Below, one piece after another: positions 1-9,691 of a DNA stretch of 64,000 nt. The notes beneath the pieces were generated by a model. That model saw nothing but the letters and a program-made list of their open reading frames with translations. It was not told the DNA's origin and made no database searches. Origin of the DNA: Muribaculaceae bacterium (GTDB taxonomy: Bacteria; Bacteroidota; Bacteroidia; Bacteroidales; Muribaculaceae); contig JAIDTL010000156.1 in the NCBI GenBank assembly GCA_029060725.1, positions 3,657-67,656 on the forward strand. Reading direction: 5' to 3'. The translations under genes were made by a program, and so were the position numbers. How positions within the stretch are numbered: the first letter of the stretch is position 1; the number at the start of each line of letters is the position of its first letter.

Positions 1-171
1 AACTTCTTCAGGATATATGTGAACATTTCAGGAACTTCTCTGCAGGGGAAATTTCTGAACAGAGTCATCAAGAAAAAGGCTGGATCGAATGTTCTAAAGA
101 AAAGAAACTGATACCATATTCATACGCCTTTGACATGACTGATTAAAGTTTAACATTAATTGACACTTCTC

Positions 172-627
172 ATGACAGACAATATCATAAATGAGCATAA
201 TAAGCTGGAGTATCCGCCGATGCATACGGCGGAGCATCTGCTTAATGGCGAGATTGCACGCCGATATGGATGCGGACGCGCCTTCAGCGCCCATATAGAG
301 CGCAAGAAATCCAAACTTGACTATCACATGGACCGCTCTCTCACCGATGAAGAAATCAAATCCCTCGAAGACTACATCAATGGCATAGTAGCTGAAGACG
401 TTCCCGTAACCGAAGAGTTCATCACCCAGAAAGAAGCCATGGACCGCTTCGACATGAGCCGTCTTCCGGAGGGAGCTTCCGATACCGTAAGAGTGGTGCG
501 AATCGGCAACTATGACGAATGTCTCTGTGCCGGGACACACGTAAGCCACACTGCCGAAATCGGTACGTTCCGCATCACAAGCACCCGCTACCAGGACGGA
601 GTGCAACGCATCGTCTTCAAACTCTAA
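172..627 (+). CDS. AlaX-like / tRNA_SAD trans-editing protein
   Basis: Zn-binding HTAEH (HxxxH) and CAGTH (CxxxH) motifs; ATG at 172 preferred over the TTG at 160. Confidence 0.85.
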   Translation: MTDNIINEHNKLEYPPMHTAEHLLNGEIARRYGCGRAFSAHIERKKSKLDYHMDRSLTDEEIKSLEDYINGIVAEDVPVTEEFITQKEAMDRFDMSRLPEGASDTVRVVRIGNYDECLCAGTHVSHTAEIGTFRITSTRYQDGVQRIVFKL

Positions 628-634
628 TACAAAC

Positions 635-666
635 AATCCCGAGAGAATGAAAATTCCTTCGGGATT
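635..666. terminator. hairpin between convergent genes
   Basis: AATCCCGA...TCGGGATT inverted repeat. Confidence 0.5.
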
Positions 667-714
667 CTTAAACGACTGTGTGTCTTTCTAAAAAAATGTC
701 TGATATATTAATGC

Positions 715-1305
715 CTATGACTGAACATTGTTAGAAGTCACCTTGCCAGCATGCTTGCCACCTTTACGGTCGTCCTTACGCTGGCCTTTCATGCCTTTGT
801 TGTGAGCCATGCCTTTATGTCCATCTTTGCCCTGACGAATAGCCTTGCAACCATTGTTGTTGCCACCACCGTTTACATAGAAGTTTTCAAGGAATACTAC
901 ATACTGATCAGGACCAATGATAGCCTTCACTTCCTTCAGATATTCCAGTTTGTCAGCCTTCCGGGCTTCCATACGAGCCTTCATGTCGGCATGGCTTTTG
1001 CTCTTGTCGACTTTCTGACCATTGTTGTCAGCTTTTCTTGCCTCCATCTTTGCCTTGTGATCGGCCATTCGTTTACTGTCGAGCTCTGCAAGCTTGCTCT
1101 TTTGGGCATCAGTAAGAGTGAGACCTTCATACGGATTTTTCTTATTATCGCGAGCATCTTTCTTCATACCTTTGCAGCTCTTTGAGCATTCCGTCTGAGC
1201 CTTGCAGCTCTGAGAGTTTTTCTGAGAATTATTCTGTGCCATGCCGTTGAATCCTACAAGAGCCATGGCCATAAGTGCTAAACCTAATACTTTCTTTTTC
1301 ATCAT
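715..1305 (-). CDS. exported Spy/CpxP-like (LTxxQ) helical protein
   Basis: signal peptide MMKKKVLGLAL..; EGLTLTDAQK motif; Lys-rich helical composition. Confidence 0.6.
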   Translation of the reverse strand: MMKKKVLGLALMAMALVGFNGMAQNNSQKNSQSCKAQTECSKSCKGMKKDARDNKKNPYEGLTLTDAQKSKLAELDSKRMADHKAKMEARKADNNGQKVDKSKSHADMKARMEARKADKLEYLKEVKAIIGPDQYVVFLENFYVNGGGNNNGCKAIRQGKDGHKGMAHNKGMKGQRKDDRKGGKHAGKVTSNNVQS

Positions 1306-1592
1306 TTTCAATTCGTTTTTGTGTGTTTTTAATTGTTTGCGTTCATTTGTTTTACGCAATCTTTGACTCTAATAACAACTCAACGTTTATTCCGGCATAA
1401 CACTTTAACTTAGATTTAACATAATATCATTCAATCCCTTAAATATTCTTAAAAACACACCATTCGGATTAAACCAATCTATAAGTCAATGAAGCAGTTT
1501 AAACTTATTTACGATTTTTGAACCCTAAATGCATAGTTGTGTTAATATAGTATAAATCTACTATACTTAAACACGAAAAAACACGATAGACA

Positions 1593-2969
1593 ATGACTAC
1601 TGATTCCACTACATCTAAAACTGTCGATCTGGCGACAATGCCGTTAGGGATACGGCAGATATTCATAATGATAGTCGCTTCTCTTGGCCAATTCATTGGT
1701 CAGGGACTCGCCACATTGGTAGGCATAGTAATACCATTAATACAGCTTGTAGCTCATCCCGAGCTAAGTTCCGGCATACAGGGCTTAATGGGATGCATAT
1801 CTCTCATCGGCATTATGGTGGGTACTGTAGTGTTCGGCAGATTGAGCGACCGCTACGGCTATCTTTTCTTCTTCCGTCTTTGCCCACTGATCATCCTCGC
1901 CACATCACTTACTTGCGTATTTATCCACGCCGTGCCGGTGCTTCTCGTATGCCTATTCCTGATGGGCTTTGCCATCGGCGGGGAATATAGCCTCGACCCG
2001 GATTACATCTCCGAACTTATGCCTGCCAAATGGCGCACATTTATGGTAGGACTTGCTAAGGCACTTGCGTCTGCAGGAAGTGCAGTTGTGGCTATCATCT
2101 GCTACGTGATGATCACAAAATCGAAGAATCCTGACATCTGGCCTGATCTCTTTTATATTACAGGAGTCATTGGAGCAATCATGTTTGTAAGCCGCTTGTG
2201 GTTCGCCCAAAGTCCGCAGTGGCTTATGAGCCGCGGACATACCGCAGAGGCACAAAAGGCAGTTGAGAAGTTTCTTGGACCGAACGTCAGGATGATATCC
2301 GATGTGGCGGCCGCCACATCATCCAAGCCTCAGGCAAAGCCTGAAAGCATGGGAGCCTTCATAAAGGAACACTTGCGCAAGATAATCCTGACTGGTGTGC
2401 CTTGGGCATGCGAGGGACTCGGTGTCTATGGTATCGGTATCTTCCTTCCTGTGCTTATCATGAGCTTCAAGATCGACAGTCTGCCGGCTACAGCACCGGA
2501 GATTGAACATATCACCCACTCCGTAGGACTCACGTTCGTTCTCACACTCGTAATGATGCTTGGCTTCGGACTCGGACTATATCTGCTAAAGAAGGAAAAC
2601 CACGTGAAGATGCAGATCGTGGGTTTCTGGGGAAGCGCAATAGGTCTTGGACTCCTTATGGCGGCATACCTCTGCCACTGGCCTTCTTGGGTGGCAATCG
2701 CAGGCTTTGTAATCTTCGAGCTCTTCCTCAATGCCGGGCCACACCTTATCACCTTCATCCTTCCGAGCCAAGTTTATGCAATCGAAAACCGAGGCACAGG
2801 AACTGGAATAGCTGCAGGAATCGGCAAAGCAGGAGCTGTGGCAGGAGCATTCATTATTCCCGTGCTTCTTAAGAGTGGAGGTCCTACCACTGTAATGATC
2901 GTCTCAATTGCAGTGATGGTAGCTGGCGCACTTATCACTTATTTCGCAAAACCTAAGTCTTCTAAATAA
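1593..2969 (+). CDS. MFS transporter (sugar-porter-like)
   Basis: about 12 hydrophobic segments, GRLSDRYG motif A, SELMPAKWR. Confidence 0.9.
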   Translation: MTTDSTTSKTVDLATMPLGIRQIFIMIVASLGQFIGQGLATLVGIVIPLIQLVAHPELSSGIQGLMGCISLIGIMVGTVVFGRLSDRYGYLFFFRLCPLIILATSLTCVFIHAVPVLLVCLFLMGFAIGGEYSLDPDYISELMPAKWRTFMVGLAKALASAGSAVVAIICYVMITKSKNPDIWPDLFYITGVIGAIMFVSRLWFAQSPQWLMSRGHTAEAQKAVEKFLGPNVRMISDVAAATSSKPQAKPESMGAFIKEHLRKIILTGVPWACEGLGVYGIGIFLPVLIMSFKIDSLPATAPEIEHITHSVGLTFVLTLVMMLGFGLGLYLLKKENHVKMQIVGFWGSAIGLGLLMAAYLCHWPSWVAIAGFVIFELFLNAGPHLITFILPSQVYAIENRGTGTGIAAGIGKAGAVAGAFIIPVLLKSGGPTTVMIVSIAVMVAGALITYFAKPKSSK

Positions 2970-2981
2970 AAATCTAATACT

Positions 2982-3734
2982 ATGGCAACTACAAGCACAC
3001 CTGCTCCGGCGGTAAAGCCTGAGCCGAAGTCTGAACGCATCATTATGACGTTCATGAATATCGTCGTATTAATTCTTTCAGCTGCCCTTATAGCATGGAT
3101 CTCATACGACACTTTCAAGCGCATCAATTTTCTTGAAAATCACCAATACATGACATTCCAGTATTGGGTCTGCATGGTTTTCATTCTCGACTTCTTCTTA
3201 GGTCTCTATTATGCCGATAAGAAATGGTCGTATGTCAAACGCCGTTTCTGGTTTTTGCTATTGTCAATTCCGGTATTAAATATAGTCAACTACCTGAATA
3301 TCCACCTGAGTGCTGATGCACTATTCTTTGTAAGGTTTATTCCATTGGCAAGAGGCGCTTTGGCATTGTCAATCGTAGTAAGCTACGTATCATCAAATGC
3401 AGTGTCAAGCCTTTTTGCATCCTATATCACCATCATGCTCTTCATCGCATACTTCTGCTCGCTTATCTTCTATCAGCGTGAGGCAGGGGTCAATCCCGAT
3501 GTGAATTCCTACTGGACAGCACTCTGGTGGACAATGATGAACCTCTCCACCGTAGGCTGCGACATATCCCCGGTCACTGTAGCTGGGAAAATAGTGGCGG
3601 TGGTCCTTCCTATTTCCGGCATGATCATATTCCCCCTCTTCACAGTCTATCTGACCGATTATGTGCAGAGATCATTCAAGAAAAATAACACAGTCACGAC
3701 TTCCGACAATGATTCTGCAGGGAGTCAATCTTAA
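2982..3734 (+). CDS. potassium-channel-family membrane protein with atypical filter
   Basis: pore helix YWTALWWTMMNLSTVGCDISPVTVAGK. Confidence 0.75.
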   Translation: MATTSTPAPAVKPEPKSERIIMTFMNIVVLILSAALIAWISYDTFKRINFLENHQYMTFQYWVCMVFILDFFLGLYYADKKWSYVKRRFWFLLLSIPVLNIVNYLNIHLSADALFFVRFIPLARGALALSIVVSYVSSNAVSSLFASYITIMLFIAYFCSLIFYQREAGVNPDVNSYWTALWWTMMNLSTVGCDISPVTVAGKIVAVVLPISGMIIFPLFTVYLTDYVQRSFKKNNTVTTSDNDSAGSQS

Positions 3735-3746
3735 ACAAGAGTTATC

Positions 3747-5450
3747 ATGTGGTTTGTTGAAGCATTACGTCATACCCCGGCATTGGCGGTATTCCTCACC
3801 ATAGGGCTTGGATTCTGGCTCGGGAAACTTAAATTCAAGGGGATTGCCCTTGGCACAGTGACAGCTGTCCTCATAGTGGGAGTTCTCGTTGGCCAACTGG
3901 ATATAAATGTAGGTGGCCCATTGAAATCTGTCTCCTTCCTTTTATTCCTATTTTGTATTGGCTATAGTGTCGGACCCCAATTCTTCAAATCGCTGAAAGG
4001 AGAAGGATTGAAGGAAGTGATGTTTGCCCTCGTGGTATGTGTCCTTATTCTCGGGGCAGCCTTAGGTGTTTCCTACTGGTTCGGGCTGAATCCGGGTCAA
4101 GCTGCCGGCATGATGGCCGGAGCTTCCACCGCATCTCCGGTAGTAGGCGCCGCAGAAGACACCATCAATTCTCTTTCAGGCGATCCTGAAAAGATAAAAG
4201 ATATGGTGGCTGCAATACCGGTCTGCTACGCCATGACATACGTATTCGGCACTCTTGGTGCAGTATGGCTTCTCGGATATGTAGGTCCCGCCATGATGGG
4301 AGGTCTGGATAAGGTGAAAGCCATGACACGAGAACTTGAGAAGACATTGAGTCCGGTCGACCCTGGCAGCGACCCGGCAAGCTTCAATGCTTGTAGGCCT
4401 ATTGCCTTCCGAGCTTTTGAAGCAGTTGGAACATGGATGGATTCTCCACGCAAAGTTTCTGAAATCGAACAGAAGTTTGAGTCACAAGGAAAACGAATTA
4501 CGATAGAGCGCATAAAGCGTACCGGGAATGGGGACATAATCGACAATATAACCCACGATACTGAAATTTATAAAGGAGATATTGTTGCACTTGCCGGACG
4601 CCGAGAGATGATTGTAGGGCAACATGAGTGGTTCGGATACGAGACTGCAGGTGTTGATATACTTTCCTTCCCGGTGGAAGACGTAGATGTGACGGTGATG
4701 AAGAAATTCCAAGAGATCACGGTCCATGAACTTATGGAGAAGCAATTTATGGAAGGAGTCGACATAAAGAAAATCACCAGAAATGATGTTGCACTCAACC
4801 CATTGGGGGGCACTACCGTGAAACCGGGAGATATCGTCGAACTCGTCGGCTCTAAAAAATATCTGAATCGGGCTGCAAAAGAAATTGGTTATGCTGATCC
4901 CCGTACACTCTCCACAGACTTCGTATTTATCGGCATTGGTATTCTTTTAGGTGGGCTTCTCGGAGCATTGGCAATAAAGATTGGTGCCGTTTCCGTGAGT
5001 CTCGGAGCCAGTGGCGGAGCGCTTGTAGCAGGTCTGATAATGGGTTGGTTAAGAGCAAAAAGACCTGTATATGGAGCTATACCCAAAGCCTCGCTATGGG
5101 TTTTCAATAATCTTGGATTGAATATGTATATTGCAGTAATCGGTATAGCTTCAGGACCATCGTTTATAAGTGCATTCTCCGAAGTAGGACCAAAGATATT
5201 CGTAGCCGGACTTATAGTGACCTTGGTGCCTCTCTTTCTTGCCATACTTATCGGCCACAAACTATTCAAGTTTCATCCAGCTGTGACGCTGGGATGCTGT
5301 GCCGGAGCACGCAAGACTACAGCAGGCCTTGGAGCTGTGCAAGAAAGGCTTGGGAGCAGTGTCCCGGCCTTAGGCTATACCATCACCTACGCTGTCTCGA
5401 ACACAGTGCTTATCATATTCGGCATAGTGCTTGTGCTCCTCACCGCTTAA
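3747..5450 (+). CDS. aspT: aspartate:alanine antiporter (AspT/YidE family)
   Basis: duplicated TM halves, GYSVGPQFF, central TrkA-C-like domains. Confidence 0.85.
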   Translation: MWFVEALRHTPALAVFLTIGLGFWLGKLKFKGIALGTVTAVLIVGVLVGQLDINVGGPLKSVSFLLFLFCIGYSVGPQFFKSLKGEGLKEVMFALVVCVLILGAALGVSYWFGLNPGQAAGMMAGASTASPVVGAAEDTINSLSGDPEKIKDMVAAIPVCYAMTYVFGTLGAVWLLGYVGPAMMGGLDKVKAMTRELEKTLSPVDPGSDPASFNACRPIAFRAFEAVGTWMDSPRKVSEIEQKFESQGKRITIERIKRTGNGDIIDNITHDTEIYKGDIVALAGRREMIVGQHEWFGYETAGVDILSFPVEDVDVTVMKKFQEITVHELMEKQFMEGVDIKKITRNDVALNPLGGTTVKPGDIVELVGSKKYLNRAAKEIGYADPRTLSTDFVFIGIGILLGGLLGALAIKIGAVSVSLGASGGALVAGLIMGWLRAKRPVYGAIPKASLWVFNNLGLNMYIAVIGIASGPSFISAFSEVGPKIFVAGLIVTLVPLFLAILIGHKLFKFHPAVTLGCCAGARKTTAGLGAVQERLGSSVPALGYTITYAVSNTVLIIFGIVLVLLTA

Positions 5451-5540
5451 AAACCCTTAATGCCCTTAAAGACCTTAAAATCTTTAAAGACCTTAAAGCC
5501 CTTAGAGCCCCTAAACAAACTAAACCTTTAACCCTTAAAA
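5446..5540. repeat. degenerate ~9-mer tandem repeat (CCCTTAAAG-like)
   Basis: cccttaatg cccttaaag accttaaaa tctttaaag accttaaag cccttagag directly after the aspT stop. Confidence 0.8.
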
Positions 5541-5553
5541 ACTATAAAAAACC

Positions 5554-6963
5554 ATGCATAAATTCACAAAAATAGTAGCCACAGTATCTGACAAGAGATG
5601 CGATGTGGAGTTCATAAAAGAGCTGGCAGCAGCCGGCGTCAACGTAGTGCGCATGAATTCAGCGCATCTTGAATATGAAGGATTCAAGAAAATAGTAGAT
5701 AATGCCAGAGCTGCCGACAGCACTCTTGCCATAATGATGGACACCAAAGGACCGGAAATCCGCACCACAGTCACCGTCACAGGAGAGCCCGTGGAGTTTC
5801 ATGCCGGCGATGTCGTGACTTTCTATGGAAATCCGGATAGGAAAACCTCTTCAAAGGTGATCAACCTCAATTATGCACATATAGCAAATGTCGTAAAACC
5901 GGGAGACCGTGTCCTGATCGATGATGGTGAATTAGAGTTTACGATCACTTCTATAGAAGGGGATGCAATACATGCGATGACTGACAATGACGGCACGCTT
6001 GGATCGCGAAAAAGCGTCAATCTTCCGGGTGTCAATATCGACCTTCCGGCAGTGACAGATCGCGACAAACGCAACATCGGCTATGCAGTAGATTTGGGAG
6101 TTGACTTCATTGCACACTCTTTCGTCCGCTCAGCAGCAGATGTCAAGGAAGTGCAGTCGATTCTCGACGAGCGTCACTCCCCAATTAAGATAATATCAAA
6201 AATAGAGAATCAAGAGGGTATCGACAATTTCGACGAGATTCTCGATGCTTGCTACGGAATAATGGTAGCACGTGGTGACCTTGGCATCGAGGTGCCCGCA
6301 GAGAAGATTCCAGGCATACAAGCTATGATGATCCATAAATGCATCAAGGCTCACAAGCCTGTGATAGTGGCAACCCAAATGCTCCATAGCATGATAGAGC
6401 ATCCGCGTCCTACAAGAGCTGAAATTTCCGACGTCGCCAATGCTGTATATCAGAGGGCGGATGCCATAATGCTGTCAGGTGAGACTGCTTACGGAAAGTA
6501 TCCGGTAGAGGCTGTCAAAACTATGACCAAGGTTGCTATAGAAGTAGAAGCATCACTTCGGCAGAAAATGGAAATCCCACCATTGACCGACGATGACATC
6601 ACTTCATTCCTATCGCGTCAAGCAGTCTTGTCAGAAACTCGTGTAGGCACAAAGGCTATCTTTACTGATGCATTTGGTGGCGTGGCTGCACGATTCATAG
6701 CCTCTTTCCGAGGGAATAATCCTACCTTTGCAATATGCCATAACAAGGAGGTATACCGTTGGCTTGCACTCAGTTTTGGAGTATCGGCATACTATTTCCC
6801 ACAACCAAATCCTGAGGATCCGCGCCATTCAGTAGAAGCAGTGAAGCAGATAGTGGATGAAGACCATATCGGACCCGACGACCGCATAGCATATCTGACA
6901 GGAACAAAGCGAGGCACACGTGCCCTTGAGATCCTCACCCCGAGCGAAATCTTGAATCCGTAA
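5554..6963 (+). CDS. pyk: pyruvate kinase
   Basis: TKIVAT, RMNSAH, DTKGPEIRT, IMVARGDLG, ATQMLHSM, MLSGETAYGKYP. Confidence 0.97.
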   Translation: MHKFTKIVATVSDKRCDVEFIKELAAAGVNVVRMNSAHLEYEGFKKIVDNARAADSTLAIMMDTKGPEIRTTVTVTGEPVEFHAGDVVTFYGNPDRKTSSKVINLNYAHIANVVKPGDRVLIDDGELEFTITSIEGDAIHAMTDNDGTLGSRKSVNLPGVNIDLPAVTDRDKRNIGYAVDLGVDFIAHSFVRSAADVKEVQSILDERHSPIKIISKIENQEGIDNFDEILDACYGIMVARGDLGIEVPAEKIPGIQAMMIHKCIKAHKPVIVATQMLHSMIEHPRPTRAEISDVANAVYQRADAIMLSGETAYGKYPVEAVKTMTKVAIEVEASLRQKMEIPPLTDDDITSFLSRQAVLSETRVGTKAIFTDAFGGVAARFIASFRGNNPTFAICHNKEVYRWLALSFGVSAYYFPQPNPEDPRHSVEAVKQIVDEDHIGPDDRIAYLTGTKRGTRALEILTPSEILNP

Positions 6964-6967
6964 GAAT

Positions 6968-9511
6968 TTAAGGTCTGTCTTTTGGGGAGGGACCAAGGTA
7001 GCCTGGACGGAAGGAGCCGCCGTCGACGACTATTCGTTGGATTGCCATGCCGGAGTCTATACCTCTCAATTTTATGATGTGACTTGATTTTTCCTTATCG
7101 ACGGAGCATGAGACTTCGCTTAGTGCGGAGTTGCGGAGCACATTGATCTTCCATGGCTTCGACCACTCTTCAGGTAGGTACTCGATGATTTGCTCTTCTC
7201 CATCATCAAAAGTCACTCCAATGCGGCATCCTTTCCCTTCATACATCGGGAAATACGGGAGATGAAATATCTGCAGGGTGATACTGTCACCCTGCAAATC
7301 ATCTATATGCATAATTGCTTCTGCTGCATTGCTGTCGGAAACAGGGTCTCCGAGTTGGAGGATGTAGCCGTCGTAGCCTATTCCGTCGATGAAAGATGCC
7401 CCGCCAGATAATTTGGCTGTGCGGAGATGAAGAGTGCGACATAAACCATCACCTCTTGACTGCCGGTCAATCGCCCTGACAATAGGACTCTCCCCTGCCT
7501 CTGGAAACTGTCGTAATGGAGGACGTTCTTGATATTTGGCACAGAAGCCGGGCGGAACAGTCATCATACCGTTCCATTTGCCGTTTTCAAGGGAATTATA
7601 GATCTTATTTAGGGTGTCAATGCTGTCGGCTGCTTCTACTGATAGGCGTGCGGCATAGTTTGCACCCGGCAGATTATCGGCATCCGCCAATTCGCCATTG
7701 AGCTGTGCGAAGAGAAACTTACGGTTCATCATTTCAGATGCAAGCACAGGATATCCTATCATCTCAAAAAATGGAGTCCGCAATGAGTCGGGTAGCTCTT
7801 GCATCAAAGCTTCAGTTTTTGCTGCAAGACCCTTATATTCATCTAATCGCTGCCAAGCGTCACCGTAGTTTGAGAAACTGAAGTCGGTAGGGCCTACCTC
7901 GCGTGTGTCCGGGCTGTCCCATTCTATTTCCCAACCCATATATTCAGGTTTTCTAATCCATGCAAGCCTATAGTATTCATCCAATATCTCCTGAACCGGC
8001 AGTTTATACTTTTCCCCACACCATTCAGCCACAAGAGAAGATTGATATGAGTTGATGTTGTCTTGGGAAAAGCTATTGAAATCCCAAGCCATGTCGAAAA
8101 ATGTCTGGGTATCGAGTTCTGCAGGCTTGATATCGCCTACATTAAGAAGCCAATAGCGGTCTGAGCCACAATCGTAGGCTTTTTTCAACTCATGATACAT
8201 CATGGCAGGAGGAGTAGTGCAGAGCCAGAGATAGTCGTGAGGAGTACCAAGATATGATGTGTGGTAATAGACGCCGGAAGAACCGGAGCGTTTTCTTTCT
8301 TCGGGAGAGGAAACGCTTTTCATATATCCATAGTTATCATCAGGCCAAATTATAGTGACATCATCAGGCACATTAAGTCCCTTGCGGTAAAGGTCGAGTG
8401 TCTCCTTATATGGCACAAATATCTGAGGAATTTCCTCCGCGGGTTTGCCAAGTCGTTTAGAGAGGAGATTGCGCTGATCTGTGATTACTTTTTCGAGAAG
8501 GGCAATACGCTCCTCTACAGGACGTGTGCGGCTCATAGCCTCATCATGCACACCACGCATTCCTATAGTATAGATATTCTCATAGTCAGCCACCTCATTG
8601 AGTCGGTCAGAAAACTTTCCATATATTACATCACGGTTCGTGCCATAGTCCCACTCTCCGTCACGTTCCGGATTCCACTCTGAAAGCGCCGCATTATTGA
8701 ACATTATCGGTTCGCAATGGGAAGTGGTCATGATGATACCATATCTGTCAGCTACGACTTTGCTTTCAGGATGGGAATAGAACGCCCCTGTGCAGGAGTG
8801 CATTGCAGGCGCAAGCATATTGCCCTTAAGACGCAACAGGAGCTGACACACTTTCTCGTATGTATTCGGACCAATATCGTTTATATCGCTGTCAAGGCCT
8901 TTGGCAGCCCATGGAAGAATACCCCAATCCTCGTCGTTGATGAAGATGCCGCGGTATTTGATGGTAGGAGCATGGGAGATGTAATCAGCATTGATCTTTA
9001 TCTCCGGATTCTGTTTCACGGGGACATCCGCCCACCAAGTCCACGGATCTACTCCAATTTCACGAGAGAGAGTCGTGGCTCCGTAAGCAGTACCGCGTCG
9101 GTCGCTGCCGGCAATGACCAAAAGTTTTTTACCTTTCTTTGTAGGGATGGTTTTTATTATGAAACGCTCCCATCCCCCATGGATGCTGTCGGCAGGTATG
9201 ATTCCTTTCTTGGCAAGATCGTCGATGAGCCGGGAATGACCGAGCGTGCCGATCAGTATTGCATTGGTTCCCTTCGGAAGGGAGGTCAAGATGTCCGGAT
9301 TCTTCCCTGTTACTTTGCAGATATCTTCTGCAAGCATCTGAGCTACGTTAGCGACGAGGGCATAGTCAGCTGGATCATAGACTATGGGAGAGCCCTGGAG
9401 CGAGAAGCCCTCGGGATTGGAGAGCTTCAAGATGGTAGCAGCTGAAGAATATATCGGGAAAAGAAGAGCTAATAAAAAAGCTGTGAATATGAACGATAAG
9501 AGTTTTTTCAT
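6968..9511 (-). CDS. GH115 alpha-(4-O-methyl)-glucuronidase
   Basis: GSDRRGTAYG, KYRGIFINDEDW, TSHCEP, GMRGVHD, WPDDNYG, VGDIKP motifs; signal peptide from 9511. Confidence 0.9.
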   Translation of the reverse strand: MKKLLSFIFTAFLLALLFPIYSSAATILKLSNPEGFSLQGSPIVYDPADYALVANVAQMLAEDICKVTGKNPDILTSLPKGTNAILIGTLGHSRLIDDLAKKGIIPADSIHGGWERFIIKTIPTKKGKKLLVIAGSDRRGTAYGATTLSREIGVDPWTWWADVPVKQNPEIKINADYISHAPTIKYRGIFINDEDWGILPWAAKGLDSDINDIGPNTYEKVCQLLLRLKGNMLAPAMHSCTGAFYSHPESKVVADRYGIIMTTSHCEPIMFNNAALSEWNPERDGEWDYGTNRDVIYGKFSDRLNEVADYENIYTIGMRGVHDEAMSRTRPVEERIALLEKVITDQRNLLSKRLGKPAEEIPQIFVPYKETLDLYRKGLNVPDDVTIIWPDDNYGYMKSVSSPEERKRSGSSGVYYHTSYLGTPHDYLWLCTTPPAMMYHELKKAYDCGSDRYWLLNVGDIKPAELDTQTFFDMAWDFNSFSQDNINSYQSSLVAEWCGEKYKLPVQEILDEYYRLAWIRKPEYMGWEIEWDSPDTREVGPTDFSFSNYGDAWQRLDEYKGLAAKTEALMQELPDSLRTPFFEMIGYPVLASEMMNRKFLFAQLNGELADADNLPGANYAARLSVEAADSIDTLNKIYNSLENGKWNGMMTVPPGFCAKYQERPPLRQFPEAGESPIVRAIDRQSRGDGLCRTLHLRTAKLSGGASFIDGIGYDGYILQLGDPVSDSNAAEAIMHIDDLQGDSITLQIFHLPYFPMYEGKGCRIGVTFDDGEEQIIEYLPEEWSKPWKINVLRNSALSEVSCSVDKEKSSHIIKLRGIDSGMAIQRIVVDGGSFRPGYLGPSPKDRP

Positions 9512-9520
9512 TATGAGTTG

Positions 9521-9622
9521 ATTTACCATAAAGCGCCTCTCCGAGGCTACTGAGCTATTGTCCAGGATTCCCCAGACTAAAGTCTGGGGTTAAAGCATAA
9601 TTATCAGGTCTCCGACCTGATT
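9521..9622 (+). repeat. REP-like dispersed element family A, copy 1
   Basis: AAAGCGCCTCTCCGAGGCTACTG + CCCCAGACT-AA-AGTCTGGGG + ATCAGGTC-TCC-GACCTGAT. Confidence 0.85.
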
Positions 9623-9691
9623 GCATCCGAAAATAATCATTAAATAGAAAGGACGCACGAGTCGCGCGTCCCTACAAAGTCATTGGTAGTA

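Noticed and set aside
94-636. 180-aa minus-strand ORF and the many other antisense or nested ORFs (e.g. 8717..9445, 39849..40478, 56312..57076)
   Set aside because: Shadows of well-supported genes, with no motifs of their own
9521-9622. Family A element as a riboswitch
   Set aside because: Occurs in both orientations relative to the downstream gene and resembles no riboswitch I recognise
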